The notes: generated from the sequence alone by a model not told the origin. 64,000 bases of DNA from Lingula anatina (GCA_051362555.1 CM120644.1:2674954-2738953); one strand, 5' to 3'; counted from the stretch's first letter, positions 48,635-61,549 are shown. Translations and numbers: made by a program.

Positions 48635-48830
48635 TTCAAACGATTCAACATTCAGGATCCAGAGACTTCATGCTAGTACAGCACCCCCTGGTAGTGAGTA
48701 TGTCACATCTTGGTGCCAACACAACAGAGGCCCAGTCCAGAGTGGCAGAAGAAACTGTTTGTAGACGCTGTGCAGGTGAAGTTAATTTGGGGCAGTAAGC
48801 TATAAATGCTGTTTGCTGTAAATGTTGTTT
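48635..48830 (+). pseudogene. PHGDH: Orphan degenerate copy of PHGDH exon 7 with flanking intron
   Basis: 48656-48794 aligns to 40372-40524 (gtacagcaccccctgg...acatcttgg.gccaacacaacaga.gc.cagtccagagt) with small deletions. Acceptor ttcaacattcag and donor gtaagct are retained. Confidence 0.85.
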
Positions 48831-49016
48831 TAAAATGTAAATTCTGATTCATCCAAGTGTGATGTTTAAAGGTAAAATTATTAACTTTAATAATGGGCAC
48901 TGAAGTACAGAGTTCCAATGTTTCATCCTCATCCCAAGGACTTATTTAGGAAACTGTTTCCTGGAGATGTCATTAGAATGACAATGTCAGAATTCTGTAT
49001 GTCAGAGAAGCAGTTT

Positions 49017-50048
49017 GGGCGGCGGTTTATACAAAAATTCAAAACACGTTTAGTCATCGTCGTTATCAGATCAGTCGAATTGAAAACACGATTAATCGTC
49101 GTCGTTATCAGGTCAGTCGAATTGAAAACACGAGTTGTAGTCGTCGTTATCAGATCAGTCGATTTGAAAACACGATTAGTCGTCGTCGTTATCAGATCAG
49201 ATGGCGATTTTTTAATATTGTGATGAATTTTTCAGATCTTTATATGTCCATTTGACATGAAATTCCACACATATGATCACACTAATACAACTTTTACACC
49301 GGGGTAGGCGCAGGTGTTAACAAGGGCGAGGGGAGCTGTGGGGGGGGGGGGGTCTGGGACGTCCAACACAGGACTTAGTGACCACAAGGGCCCCTAACAT
49401 GTATGAGTAAAATAACGCAAGTGCAGTGTAGTAGCCAGAGGCCGTGGTTTAAGCCAGATACAACACTCGCCTGCAGCTCGACAATACACTCGTAGTATAT
49501 TTTACGTACATATTGTATCTATCACATACTAGTCTACTATAGTACAAAACCTGTCAACTCTCCTCAATATGTCAATCACAAATTAAGCACTTAATTGTCA
49601 GTGTCAGATTTTTCGCGGTATTGACTGTGAAGTCGGCACAAGGGTAGCCAAAACCATTGACATGAGCGCCATCTAGCGTCAAATCGAGTTTTGGCTTCTA
49701 CTAGTTGCGTTTTGACGACTACTAGTCGTATTTTGCCGTCTGATCTGATAATGAAGACGTCTAATTGTGTTTTTATTTTGTCTGATCTGATAACTATGGC
49801 GTCTAATCTTGTTTTTAATGCATGAAATTCAGAAATGCCTCGTTAAATTCTAAAGTATCACCGTCGGATCTGATAATGACGATGACTAATCGTGTTTTCA
49901 ATTCGACTGATCTGATAACGATGACGACTAATGGTGTTTTCAATTCGACTGATCTGATAACGACGACGACTAAACATGTTTTCAATTCGACTGATCTGAT
50001 AACGATGACGACTAATCGTGTTTTAATTTTTTGTATAAACCGCCGCCC
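49017..50048. mobile_element. Foldback-type element with modular TIRs (42-bp tandem subrepeats)
   Basis: Termini GGGCGGCGGTTTATACAAAAA... and ...TTTTTGTATAAACCGCCGCCC. Each ~190-bp arm holds four 42-bp units (ttgaaaacacgattagtcgtcgtcgttatcagatcagtcgaa) in inverted orientation. Extra degenerate units at ~49690-49815. Confidence 0.85.
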
Positions 50049-50340
50049 ATACAGCAGTCTATGTGCAAATTTGTGATGTATACACAATTTAGAGAAAATA
50101 ATCAAATAATGTAATTTATGCTTTAAGAGACAATAAAACTAAATCTAGACAGAATATACACGACTATATGTAGAATACAAAGAAGGAATAAACCTGTGAT
50201 AGCTATTGTCTTTATCTTTTGTTGTTACGCAAGGCTGTTAATGCAAGGAAGATTTTTTAATGTTATTTATTAACTACTTTCTAATTGGTTCCCAGGCCAC
50301 CATCTTTTCATTCCTGTGTCTACCTCATGCAATCTCTAGT

Positions 50341-50621
50341 AGCTTTCTCCCGTTTACATAACATGCAGTTTTATCATAAATTTCAGCATATCAAGCAACT
50401 CAGTTCCTGTACAAAGCACTACCTGCTCCTTAATCAGCTTTCTCCCATTTACATAACGTGCAGTTTTATCATAAATTTCAGCATATCAAGCAACTCAGTT
50501 CCTGTACAAAGCACTACCTGCTCCTTAATCAGCTTTCTCCCATTTACATAACATGCAGTTTTATCATAAATTTCAGCATATCAAGCAACTCAGTTCCTGT
50601 ACAAAGCACTACCTGCTCCTT
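50341..50621. repeat. 95-bp tandem repeat, ~3 copies
   Basis: tttacataac recurs at 50353, 50448 and 50543. Units are nearly identical. Confidence 0.9.
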
Positions 50622-51402
50622 ATTTGCTTTTGGCTGTTCTGACATGAAACTAAAAATATAACTCAAAGGAAGATAAATTGATAAATTGGTAATTTTTTTG
50701 GAAAATATGTCCGTTCATACAAATTGGCATTTACACTCTTTGTGTGTGGCCCAAGAGTATATATATATAATTTCTTATTCCATTATGACAATAACCTGTG
50801 ACTCTCTTATTTCAGCTCAGACACATTTTCATTAAACATTTTCACTATTTCACTTGTTATTTAAGATATGTGGTAGGAATGCACTACATGAATCAATAGG
50901 GCAGTACCTTTCCTGTCCAACCTGTGCATCGTTGATGATGAAGTACCTGTTCATTAAATATATTTATCTACACTGTAGTGCTCCCTTTTGATGACTATAA
51001 CAGTAACAATAGTTTATATCAAATTCAATCCAAGTCTAAAACTATACCAAGAAATTAGTCACAAAAATATGAAAATTTCCCTTATTGCATATATAATCAG
51101 TTTCATGTCATCATTGCTATAAAAATATAAAATATACTGTTTATATACCAATAACTTTCTGACTAAATATTGATAACTGATAATAATAAGATGGATAAAC
51201 TAAATATAGACATATTTATACATAAATACCTCACATTTAATATTCATTACACAATACTTTAAGTGTCATAATTACCACATGCAATATGATGACTCAAATT
51301 TATCAAATTTAATGTTCATTCCCACAAAAATAAAAAGTCTTGCATTTGGAAAAGTTCACTGCACTCTGCATTCTGAATTAAAGCTTGAGAGTTCAGTTCC
51401 AT

Positions 51403-51640
51403 CCCAGATAGCATGCATACGTTGGGCCAACGTTGGGTAATGGTTGGTTTGTTGGCACATAGTTGGCGTTGGCAGTATTACGTTGGCCCAACGTTGGCCC
51501 AACTACATCATTTTATGCATAATGTAACTGCAATATGTACACGTTGGCCCAACGTTGGCCCAACCACATCATTTTATGAAATAACGTAACTGCAATATGC
51601 ACACGTTGTGCCAACGTTGGGCCAACGTAGTCAACGTATG
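51403..51640. mobile_element. End fragment of a CACTA/EnSpm-like non-autonomous element
   Basis: Terminus CCCAGATAGCA followed by four subterminal palindromic motifs ACGTTGG(G/C)CCAACGTTGG. No partner end was found. Confidence 0.5.
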
Positions 51641-51936
51641 CAATTAACAACCCAATAATTAATTTGAAAGTGTTTCTGTTCACAACTGAGAAGCACATAT
51701 ACTTATCTTTTGATCATATACATAGAGTTATTAGGCTTAAAAGAAACATATATAATTTTTTCTTAATTTTTTTTTTTCATTATGAGTTTAAATTCCTTGA
51801 GTTAAAATCAGTTTTCTGCTTTAATTTATCCTCCAAGCAATAAACATTCATATATAGTACTACTACAAGTACTTCACCTATATAAAGAACTGAATGAAAA
51901 AAAAATTTTTTTTCCAATAATGCTGCGAAAACATTA

Positions 51937-51971
<35 letters not shown>

Positions 51972-52629
51972 GAAATCAGACAAATGATTGAAGTCTCATT
52001 ATAATGTACAAACTGCATAATATATAAATTGTAAACCTCATAGTTAGCATCAATTTAAGCTGGAGTTGTGATTAAAATAAACTGGTAACTTTCAATAGAC
52101 CAAATTCATTTCAAGCCAGGTGTTTATATGTCAGTTCTTGGTAACTTTGTTACAGTGGATGTTACATCTGCTGGTATATTTACAACATTCCCTTCTAATT
52201 TGTATTGTTTTCCACGTGGAGCTTGATGAAGCTTCATGAAAACTAACCTTGGACTAGTTAATCTCCACTCTAAAGGTTTTAAATCCAAGAAACTGGGTTT
52301 TTCTGGAAATGACATGCTATTCACAATAGCACATGGAGGTATTTTGTTCTTTTTCAAATGAGAAGCACATGTTAGACACATCCAATTACTGTTGAATAAA
52401 TCACCAGCTTCTCTGCACTGATTAACTGCATTATTCTCTATATTCAAAACAGGTTCTCTATTTATGACAGAATGTCTGTACCAGAGTTGTTGACATATAC
52501 AGCATGTGTAGGTACAACCTTCAGCAACTTTTTTGTGGAACTGTTGTATCAATTCTTGAGGAGTAGTACTGATTTTCTGTCTCTTATTACGCTTGGCAAC
52601 TGCATCAGCATTCCTTTCACATGTTCTGA

Positions 52630-53520
52630 AATTTGGATCAGATCTTTTTAACCTTTTTTGGTTTTTCTCAGTAACTTTGTAATCAGGATCAGATCTTTTT
52701 AACCTTTTTTGGTTTTTCTCAGTTACTTTGTAATCAGGATCAGACCTTTTCAACTGCTTGTGTTTTAAAATATTATTCTTCACAGCAGACTGAGAACGTT
52801 TAAGTCTCTGGGCTTCTTGTTCATTTTTCCTGTACTGAGGATTAGATCTTTTTAACCTTTTTTGGTTTTTCTCAGTAACTTTATAATCAGGATCAGACCT
52901 TTTCAACTGCTTGTGTTTTAAGATATTATTCTTCACAGCAGACTGAGAACGTTTAAGTCTCTGGGCTTCTTGTTCATTTTTCCTGTACTGAGGATTAGAT
53001 CTTTTTAACCTTTTTTGGTTTTTCTCAGTTACTTTGTAATCAGGATCAGACCTTTTCAACTGCCTGTGTTTTAAAATATTATTCTTCACAGCAGACTGAG
53101 AACGTTTAAGTCTCTGGGCTTCTTGTTCATTTTTCCTGTACTGAGGATTAGATCTTTTTAACCTTTTTTGGTTTTTCTCAGTTACTTTGTAATCAGGATC
53201 AGACCTTTTCAACTGCTTGTGTTTTAAAATATTATTCTTCACAGCAGACTGAGAACGTTTAAGTCTCTGGGCTTCTTGTTCATTTTTCCTGTACTGAGGA
53301 TTAGATCTTTTTAACCTTTTTTGGTTTTTCTCAGTTACTTTGTAATCAGGATCAGACCTTTTCAACTGCCTGTGTTTTAAAATATTATTCTTCACACCAG
53401 ACTGAGAACGTTTAAGTCTCTGGGCTTCTTGTTCATTTTTCCTGTACTGAGGATTAGATCTTTTTAACCTCTTTTGGTTTTTCTCAGTTTTTCTGTATTT
53501 TGGATCAGATCTAAGAAGTC
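52630..53520 (-). repeat. Coding higher-order repeat: 153-bp unit (3 x 51 bp) x5
   Basis: Peptide KRLKRSNPQYRKNEQEA-QRLKRSQSAVKNNILKH-KQLKRSDPDYKVTEKNQ repeated five times, plus flanking 17-aa monomers. Confidence 0.92.
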
Positions 53521-54134
53521 GCATTCTGATTTTATTCTTCTCTCTTTTTAAAACATTTCTGTCAGTACCACTGGTTTCCACAAGTGAACTATCCAATAGA
53601 GTTTTACTCACTGTGTCAATTTTGCTTTGTTGTTTGTCTTCTGTCCATTTTAACTGCTTCTTCATTTCATCACATAGCATTTTCATGTGGGGTTTGTGCA
53701 AATTTGTTTTATCAAAAATGGAAGAGATGGAATCAGAGGTAATAGTATTACCAGTGTGTTTTGTCAATGGTACTTTTCTGTACTGAAATGAATTGGTATC
53801 TTTGTCCATTAAACCCAATTTTTTTTTTATTATAAATCTTGAAGCAAGTTTTCTGACATGAACATTCTTTTCTGAAGGTTTTAGAGATGTTTTTAAAGTT
53901 ACTATATTGTAATCATTTTTTGGTTTTTCAGAAGGAACTGATAGTTGTGATTTTTTCTTTAATTTGTGGGGTACTGTTGAGAGCTTTGGATTGACTGGCA
54001 TCTTTGACTTTATGAGTAAGGCTGACATATCTGATGGTGCAATATGATCTGAATATTTCATAGACTTACTTGAAGGATCTGCAGCAATAGTGGCACTCAA
54101 ACTGACAGGCATTTCAGGATAAGGTATGTCAACT

Positions 54135-54616
54135 GTATCAACTGTATCATCTGTATCAACTGTAGCATCTATAACAGCTGTATCAACTGTAGCATCTATA
54201 ACAGCTGTATCAACTGTAGCATCTATAACAGCTGTATCAACTGTAGCATCTTTATGAGCTGCATGAACAGTATCATCTGAATCAATAGAAATCTCAGTTA
54301 TCTCAGTATTCTCAGTAAACTCTGTCAACTCAGTAAACTCTGTCAACTCAGTTCCCACCGAGGTGGGCGTGGCTACCGAAGTAGCCACAGACAACACAGT
54401 TCCCACCGAGGTGGGCGTGGCTACCGAAGTAGCCACAGACAACACAGTTCCCACCGAGGTGGGCGTGGCTACCGAAGTAGCCACAGAACACACAGTTCCC
54501 ACCGAGGTGGGCGTGGCTACCGAAGTAGCCACAGACAACACAGTTCCCACCGAGGTGGGCGTGGCTACCGAAGTAGCCACAGAACACACAGTTCCCACCG
54601 AGGTGGGCGTGGCTGC
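54135..54616 (-). repeat. Coding minisatellites: 48-bp (ATPTSVGTV[CL]SVATSV x5+), 18-bp (ELTEFT) and 27-bp (DATVDTAVI x3-4)
   Basis: Directly visible in the DNA (cagttcccaccgaggtgggcgtggct x6) and in the translation. Confidence 0.9.
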
Positions 54617-56531
54617 CAAAGCAGACACAGTAGGAGCCCTGTTTGCCTCAGCCACCCTCTCTCTATTTTCTTTGTTCTTTTTCTTCTGTAGTGCCCTTCT
54701 CGTAGACAAACTTTGTTTTTTCAAGCGAGGCATCTAGAAAGAATAAAAAATACTTTATTTATTGCTTAGAATATAACAAGCTGGTTCAAAGGGAAAAAAT
54801 ATAATAGAAAATGAAAGAGTGGTAAACTTGCAACTGTATGATAAGAATCCTTCAAGATACTACCATGACTAAAAAAAAAGTAAACTGAGAAAAAACATTA
54901 TTTATTAATGTGTTGGTTCTGTAATTAAAGGTACATGTAAAAGTATCAGTAGAGAGTGAATTCCCAGTAACCCATGTAAACCACTTCTGCTAGTTACTTG
55001 TATAAGTGAAGATAAGTCAACATGGCAAAATACAGACCAATTATCAACCATAAAACTGTACCTTCTTTAATTTATTGACGGTCAATTTGGCCTACTTATC
55101 TGAGCTACTTATCAATCTTTTTTTTTTTCTAAAAAGTTTTTTTTTTTGCAATAATCTCGATTATTACAGAGTATAGCCATCTATGGAGGTCATATGGTTC
55201 AATGGCAAGCTCAGATATCAGAATAATAGCAATAACTGCCGTTTTTGTGGTAAAACAGAATATAATTTATTATATTCATTATATTTATATTTCTAAGAGT
55301 TCTTTACAATGTTTTTATTGTGAAATTTAGATCTCATATGAAGAGTTATTATCCCTTTAATCCAAATACATCTTAACCTATCACTATTCTAAATGAAGTA
55401 TATTTATTGCCAAGTTGATAAGGTTGGAGTGCCTCAAGTAGTGCTTTTTAACTGCTAATGTGAGCTGAAATTAAGCATCACTAAAAATCAACACAAAATA
55501 TTTATCTGTATATATGATGTTTTCTTGCCAAATGAAATTTTCATGAGAAAAACAGTATTTTTCTCATATTACAAGTGATTGGTAAACCTGTACCCTGCAC
55601 TCAGATTCAATGTTTTCTTCCATTTTAAAACAATCCATCTTCCTGACATTACAGAAAATACAACCTTACATGATTAGAATATGGAGATGGCTGCAGTTTT
55701 AATATTGGGCCTGGTAACATGTTTAATTATGAAACATTTATTTGTCTTAAGATGCAAAAGCTCTATTGTTGGACTGGGATGTAAATTATGACAACAGATA
55801 CACTCAGAAAAACTATTATCTAAGGGTTGTATCATTATTAAAAATTTGGGGAAAATTTGCAGGAGAAAATAGTACTTTTGGGACATGTTCAAACTTGCTC
55901 AGCCTAGCTTTAAACTCTTTACTGTTTTACTCTTAATATAATGTATTGATATGCTTTTATCAAGTTGTCAGAAAACAAGTCCAATAAGGCTACTGGAAAG
56001 AAGTGCAGTGAGAATATTTCTTTTTTTATATACAGAAAATCTGTAAATACCAGGTTGACTTTTTTTTTACAAAATACCTATGACCTTAAATTACCTAAGA
56101 TTAAATGAATCTAATAACTACTAGTTCCCACACAGATTCATTACAGAACAAAACAAAAAATAAGGGAATTTGGTACATTTGATAACTGTTAGTATTACTT
56201 TAGATTCCTCTATTTAACCTGTATAATGAAAGAAAAAGAATCTCTTAATTGCCTCATATAGTGTTTACAAACTGAGGGGAAAAAGCTACACACTAACAAG
56301 CATGAGATAACAAATAGTACGTGAGTGAAACATACTTTGTAGTACTAGTACCTCTGTAACTAAACATGCATTTGTGTATGAGGATTTGTGGGCATATTTG
56401 AACCAAATACACCTAAGTTCATAGAATGGCAGATACACTTATTTCTAATCAGTCAGTTACAGAAAAAAATTATTTCAATATTAACAACTCAGGAAATACT
56501 CAGGAGTTAACTGTAATAGAAATTTAGCACA

Positions 56532-56576
<45 letters not shown>

Positions 56577-57212
56577 GTGTTTTAAATGTGGTTGACAATT
56601 AACTTTTCATTTCTATCCATGTCAAGGTTTAATCAAGAGTAAAGTGACACCCACTGAAAAAAAAAAGCCAAAATTACCTCACTTGAATTATACAGAATTA
56701 ATTATTACACTTTTCAACCACTTCTTTGTTGTACATCATGTACAAAAAGAAACTTTAATAGGTTATTTAAATGAACATCCATCTATTTTAATTTTATTTA
56801 TTAAAATAAATATTTAAACTGTTCATCCCCTGATGATGAACCCACTAGTAGTCATTATAATTAATCCTCAAAGGGACTATTCACAAGTTAGGTCAACCTA
56901 TAGGTGGGTCGGACACACACTGTCTGCTTGAAAGCAGTAAAGCTTAATCCCGTTATTAATATAAGTGAAAATGTCCTGCTACAAAGCCACACTTCCAGTA
57001 AAAAGACAGTTTTCATCAGAGGTCCTCTGAGTGGGCTGCTACAGAGAGCGCACCTTGACCTCCTTATATGTGTTTTTTAAACACTGTATAAGAAGTAATC
57101 CATATTTATATTTGTCTATTTATTTATTTATTTATTTATTTATTTATCTATTTTCTATGTAGTATAGAGGGCTAACAAATGTAACTGTCACATTTAATGG
57201 TCGAATAAATTG

Positions 57213-57249
<37 letters not shown>

Positions 57250-57945
57250 GGGGAGAGGAAAATTGAACTGAGTTCTTCTAAAAGTTGCTGAAGTGTGGTA
57301 TTGATGGTTACCTTTAATAACCACACTGTCAAGTCAATGTGCACTGAATCAAAAGCAGAGTAAAGTTATAAAAAGTCTACTACCTTGTACTAGAAACTCA
57401 TTCTGTCTCCATAGGGGGGGAAAAAGATTCTCTTAGCCCAATAGTGTTCAATATGCAGACTGATGATCTGGACAAGTTAAATCAGCCAATACTGATCCTC
57501 TATTTCTGCAGCAAGCATCCATCAATTGCATGTTTTCACATAGATGAACTAGTTATCGTCTACAAATCTGCTTAAGTCTACATTCTAGTCTGAATATACT
57601 ATGGGCTCGTTGTAAAAATGGAGACTCAATATAAACCTAAGAAATATTGTTTGAAATAATCATTCTGCACAGTTACCCACCCTCATACTCTGCAAATGCT
57701 ATACAGGTGCAGAGCATGTTTGAATTGTTAAAGAAAATGTGTGCCTGGGAATTTTTCTTACACAACATGTATAAGTAATTTATCTTTGGAAAGAATAACC
57801 ATGAAAACCAAGAGAAGCTATTTTAAACTGCATAAGTATTAACCAATTAACCCCCTTAACTCTAACAGCAGTTAAAAAAATTATTGATTCAAAAATAAAT
57901 TGCATAGTACACTTCAACTGTGATACATGGTCATTTAAAACTTAA

Positions 57946-58321
57946 AGATACATACAAAGTCAATTTTTGTCACAGAAACCAACCAAATGCCAGCATATAG
58001 TTTCAAGTAGTATAACTAAGAGAATTACCGAAAGGCATTGTTTAATTTTACCCGAAAATGATGTTTGAACAGATTTTTCTGCTGGTATTCTAAGCTGTAT
58101 GTCAATGGGGCAGGAAAGTAGGTCACGGAAGTATGTTAAATTTACAACCATAAATTTAAAGAAAGGAGCAGTCTAAAGGTCTTTTATGGCTGATCAAGTG
58201 ATCTATTCAGTTTATCCCTTGGCATGTCAAATTTATGTGAGTCATATAAGAATCTAGTAGAAGTGGTTTACACGTGTTACTGGGAATCCACGCTCCACCG
58301 ATGCTCGGTTTGTATGTACCT
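57946..58321 (-). mobile_element. Second copy of the TTAA-inserting element, 376 bp
   Basis: AGATACATAC...GTATGTACCT flanked by TTAA (57942-57945, 58322-58325). Reverse complement of 21870-22179 with ~66 bp extra. A decayed relative lies at ~54926-55070. Confidence 0.8.
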
Positions 58322-58776
58322 TTAAGGGAAAGTCATTCATTAAAAATTCGCACAAGCCGTTCAATAAGTAAGTTTCATTCTACAGTATCAAACATAGCTA
58401 TGTTTTGTGAGTTCTTATCTATCTTGAACAACAAATAAAAGCTCCCTATCCATTAAGTAAATTACGTAATTATCAAACATAGCAAAAAGAAAAATGCATC
58501 TTTTCATTTACTTTTACACTAATTTTGAAGGGGAATAAACAGTGGATGTGTGTACTACTGCATTGTATGTATGGAAAAGCCTACTAGATGAATATAGAAA
58601 TATTCAAGCAACTATTAAATGTAAACAAGCAGTCATGGACTAAAACAGTGAAAAACTTATTTTGAGACTTTTCTAACACATGGAGAAACCAATCAGTGGA
58701 CACCGACTTTTAAGATTTCAGTAAAATTTACAACAGTATCATATAACATAATACCATAAAGACCTGCCCCATCTCA

Positions 58777-60900
58777 AAACTAGAGGATCAGAGAGGCGAT
58801 ACCTCCTCCAAATATTTTACCACCAGCTGGAGTAAGCGCATTCGTATAGACCCCCCCTCCCCACAAAAAAAAGGGACACCACCACCAGTCATGTGCTTGA
58901 CAAGCTGTAAAAAATGCCATCAACAAGAATTCTCAAAATATGCAAAATATATATAACACTAAAAATGGTACAATCAAAGTTCAGTTCATCGTTAGGTAGG
59001 TCAAAGGTCAATTTCAAGGTCACAGTAAATTTTCAGTATATGACTTCCTATTCAAGTTCAATAGTAGCTATGGACCTATCTCATCCAGTTTTGGAGATAA
59101 AAGGGTACCAAAATTTGCAAAGTTCAATTCATCATGAAAAGTAGGTCAAAGGTCAATTTCAAGGTCACATTTAGACTGCCAGTATATGACTTCCTATTCA
59201 AGTTTTGTAGTAACGATGGACGTATCTCTGTCAGTTTTGAAAATAAAAGCACTAAAAAGTTGCAAAGCTCAGTTTATGGTGTAAAGTAGGTCAAAGGTCA
59301 ATTTCAAGGTCTCATTAAGATTGCCAGTATATGACTTCCTATTCAACTTTATTAGTAACCATGGACCTATCTCTGCCAGGTTTGGAGTAAAAAGGAAAAG
59401 AAATTAGCAAAGTTTAGTTCATGGTGATAAGTAGGTCAAAGGTCTATTTTAAGGTTACAGAAAATTGCCTCTAATGACTTTCTATTCAAATTCAATAGTA
59501 ACTATGGACATCTTTTTGCCAGTTTTGGAGATAAAAGTGTACCAAAATTTGCAAAGTTCAATTCATGATGAAAAGTAGGTCAAAGGTCAATTTCAAGGTC
59601 ACATTTAGACTGCCAGTATATGACTGCCTATTCAACTTTAATAGTAACTATGGACCTATCTCTGCCAGGTTTGGAGTAAAAAGGAAAAGAAATTAGCAAA
59701 GTTCAGTTCATGGTGAAAAGTAGGTCAAAGGTCAAATTTCAAGGTCTCATTAAGATTGCCAGTATATGACTTCCTATTCAAGTTCAATAGTAACTGTGGA
59801 CCTATCTCTGCCAGTTTTGGAGATAAAACGGAAGCAAAATTTGCAAAGTTCAATTCATGATAAAAAGTAGGTCAAAGGTCAATTTCAAGGTCACATTTAG
59901 ATGGCCAGCATATGACTTCCTATTCAACTTCAATAGTAACTATGGACCTAACTCTGCCAGTTCTTGAGATATAAGGGACTAAATGTTATAATTTTAAATA
60001 AATTCCTACAGAAAAAATTATTAAAATAAAGAAAGGGTCATTTTGGTTGAAATTCTTGAAATGGGAGGTGCTCAGAAATTCCAGATGTTCAAATTTCATG
60101 ACATAATGTCATTTTTGACCACAAGTTGTCTGCCTCGCCAAGCTTTATGTTTCATTTTCCCGCGGTTCAAAATTTATTATCCATTACCGTATTGCACATT
60201 TTGCTTTCACCACCAATATGTACTTTTTGATACAGCGTAACTCGAAAACCGTATGGAATACAAAAAAACGGAGACTGCCTCCAGTGTTGGGCTTTACATG
60301 CTCTACAAATTGCAAAAAAGAATGGGTCTCTAGCATTAATGGTTCCCGAATTAGAGACAGTTTTCAGTTCCGGTATCTTATGGCCGCTACTCCCGTGAAA
60401 ATGCACCGACTGACCCCAAATTCACGGAGATGAAAGATGACCCGAAGGGTAACTCTTTCCAATTATAATATTGGTAAAGTCTGTGTAGGGTCTGAATAAC
60501 AGCCCAAATAATTTTTTTTTCGTAAAAAATTTTGTTTTTTTGAAAATTTTGGCCCGTTTAACCTTGAAATAAAGGTTAAGGTCAAATCCAAGGGCGAAAT
60601 CTACACATATGACTTTTGAAAAGCTGTCTGTAGAAATTTTCCCCATAATTCCTTCCATAGGGTAGATAATTAGCATTTAATTTTGCATTTTTAGACAAGG
60701 GTGCATTGCAATGAGTGCCACACCTAGACCCCAATACGAGTTGAGATTATAGATGACCTAACTCCAAGAGATGGGTATGGAGGCCTTTACTGTCTAGGAG
60801 GAGAAGCGGTTATGGTAACACAGCGACGGAGCCGGCAGAACGATCCAGACCGGACTAAAACCATGTGTACTGCCAGCCCTAACGCTGGTGGTACAATAAA
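58777..60900 (-). mobile_element. Helentron-associated non-autonomous element (HINE-like) carrying a satellite array
   Basis: One end is aaaactagagg... (CTAGT on the minus strand). The other end has a short palindrome ccagc-cctaac-gctgg followed by tacaataaa. Internal 145-bp tandem array. Confidence 0.55.
58975..59980. repeat. ~145-bp tandem satellite, 7 copies
   Basis: gtaggtcaaagg at 58996, 59141, 59286, 59431, 59575, 59720 and 59867. Confidence 0.92.
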
Positions 60901-60930
60901 CTACCCACATTTTGCCTATGATAAAGCATC

Positions 60931-60986
<56 letters not shown>

Positions 60987-61549
60987 CCTTTTCTTTGTAC
61001 TTACTGTCTAGAAGCTATCTAAATAAAATGCACATTTCTGGTACTTACTACTAATAGATGATCCTGAGACTTAAATGACAATGATCTAAACAAATACTTA
61101 CATTCTACACTGATTATGCTGACTAACTTAGCTGGGTGGCTTCTTACACTTCAACAGTGAGCTGGAAGAAACAAGAGGAAGAATATGATATATACCCAAT
61201 GAATAAGGAAAGATTACTCAATCCAGCACTGATGTCTTTATGTCAAAAACATACTGCTTTATTTTTTATCAGCAAGTAAATTATTGAGAAGAAACTTAAG
61301 GTAAAGAGATCTCTCTAACTTTATTATATTACCAGTAACATTACCAATTACTCTGATATAGAACAAAAGAAACGTCCTTTGGAACAAAGTACACTAAACA
61401 ATACTGCTTTTTATATCACAGGCTGTTCAAAACCATGAAACCCATTCTGTCCAGTGAATACAAGAGAGCTAAGATCTAATATACCAAAGATTGGACACTC
61501 GGCAATTCTTCAAAGGGTAATCCGATTAACTGGGGAAAGACGTTCGTAC

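Larger units (their letters stand above)
52124..54733 (-). mobile_element. Helitron/Helentron-type ORF, N-terminal part only (869 aa; Cys cluster plus DUF6570-like region; no Rep/helicase)
   Basis: C-terminal YTCCICQQLWYRHSV...WMCLTC...IPPCAIVN...LEWRLTSPRLVFMKL..APRGKQYKLEGNVVNIPADV..TV.KLPR matches the region that precedes Rep/Pif1 helicase in animal Helitrons. The ORF stops immediately afterwards. The ATG follows an acceptor (ttttattctttctag|ATG). Confidence 0.75.

Noticed and set aside
48918-50105. 42-bp repeats as a CRISPR array, or repeat-protein ORFs (48918-49223, 49815-50105)
   Set aside because: Units are contiguous with no unique spacers, there are no cas genes, and the context is eukaryotic. 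The ORFs are by-products of a 42-bp period in inverted arms.
54348-54737. Alternative-frame and antisense ORFs over the 48-bp repeat
   Set aside because: Shadows of the stop-free minisatellite within the 869-aa ORF.
29960-60985. Scattered microsatellites ((GT)n ~29960 and ~30140; (AAT)n ~32250, 37816, 39089, 51941; (TA)n ~44270, 56536, 60934) and G/C runs
   Set aside because: Ordinary simple repeats with no evidence of function.
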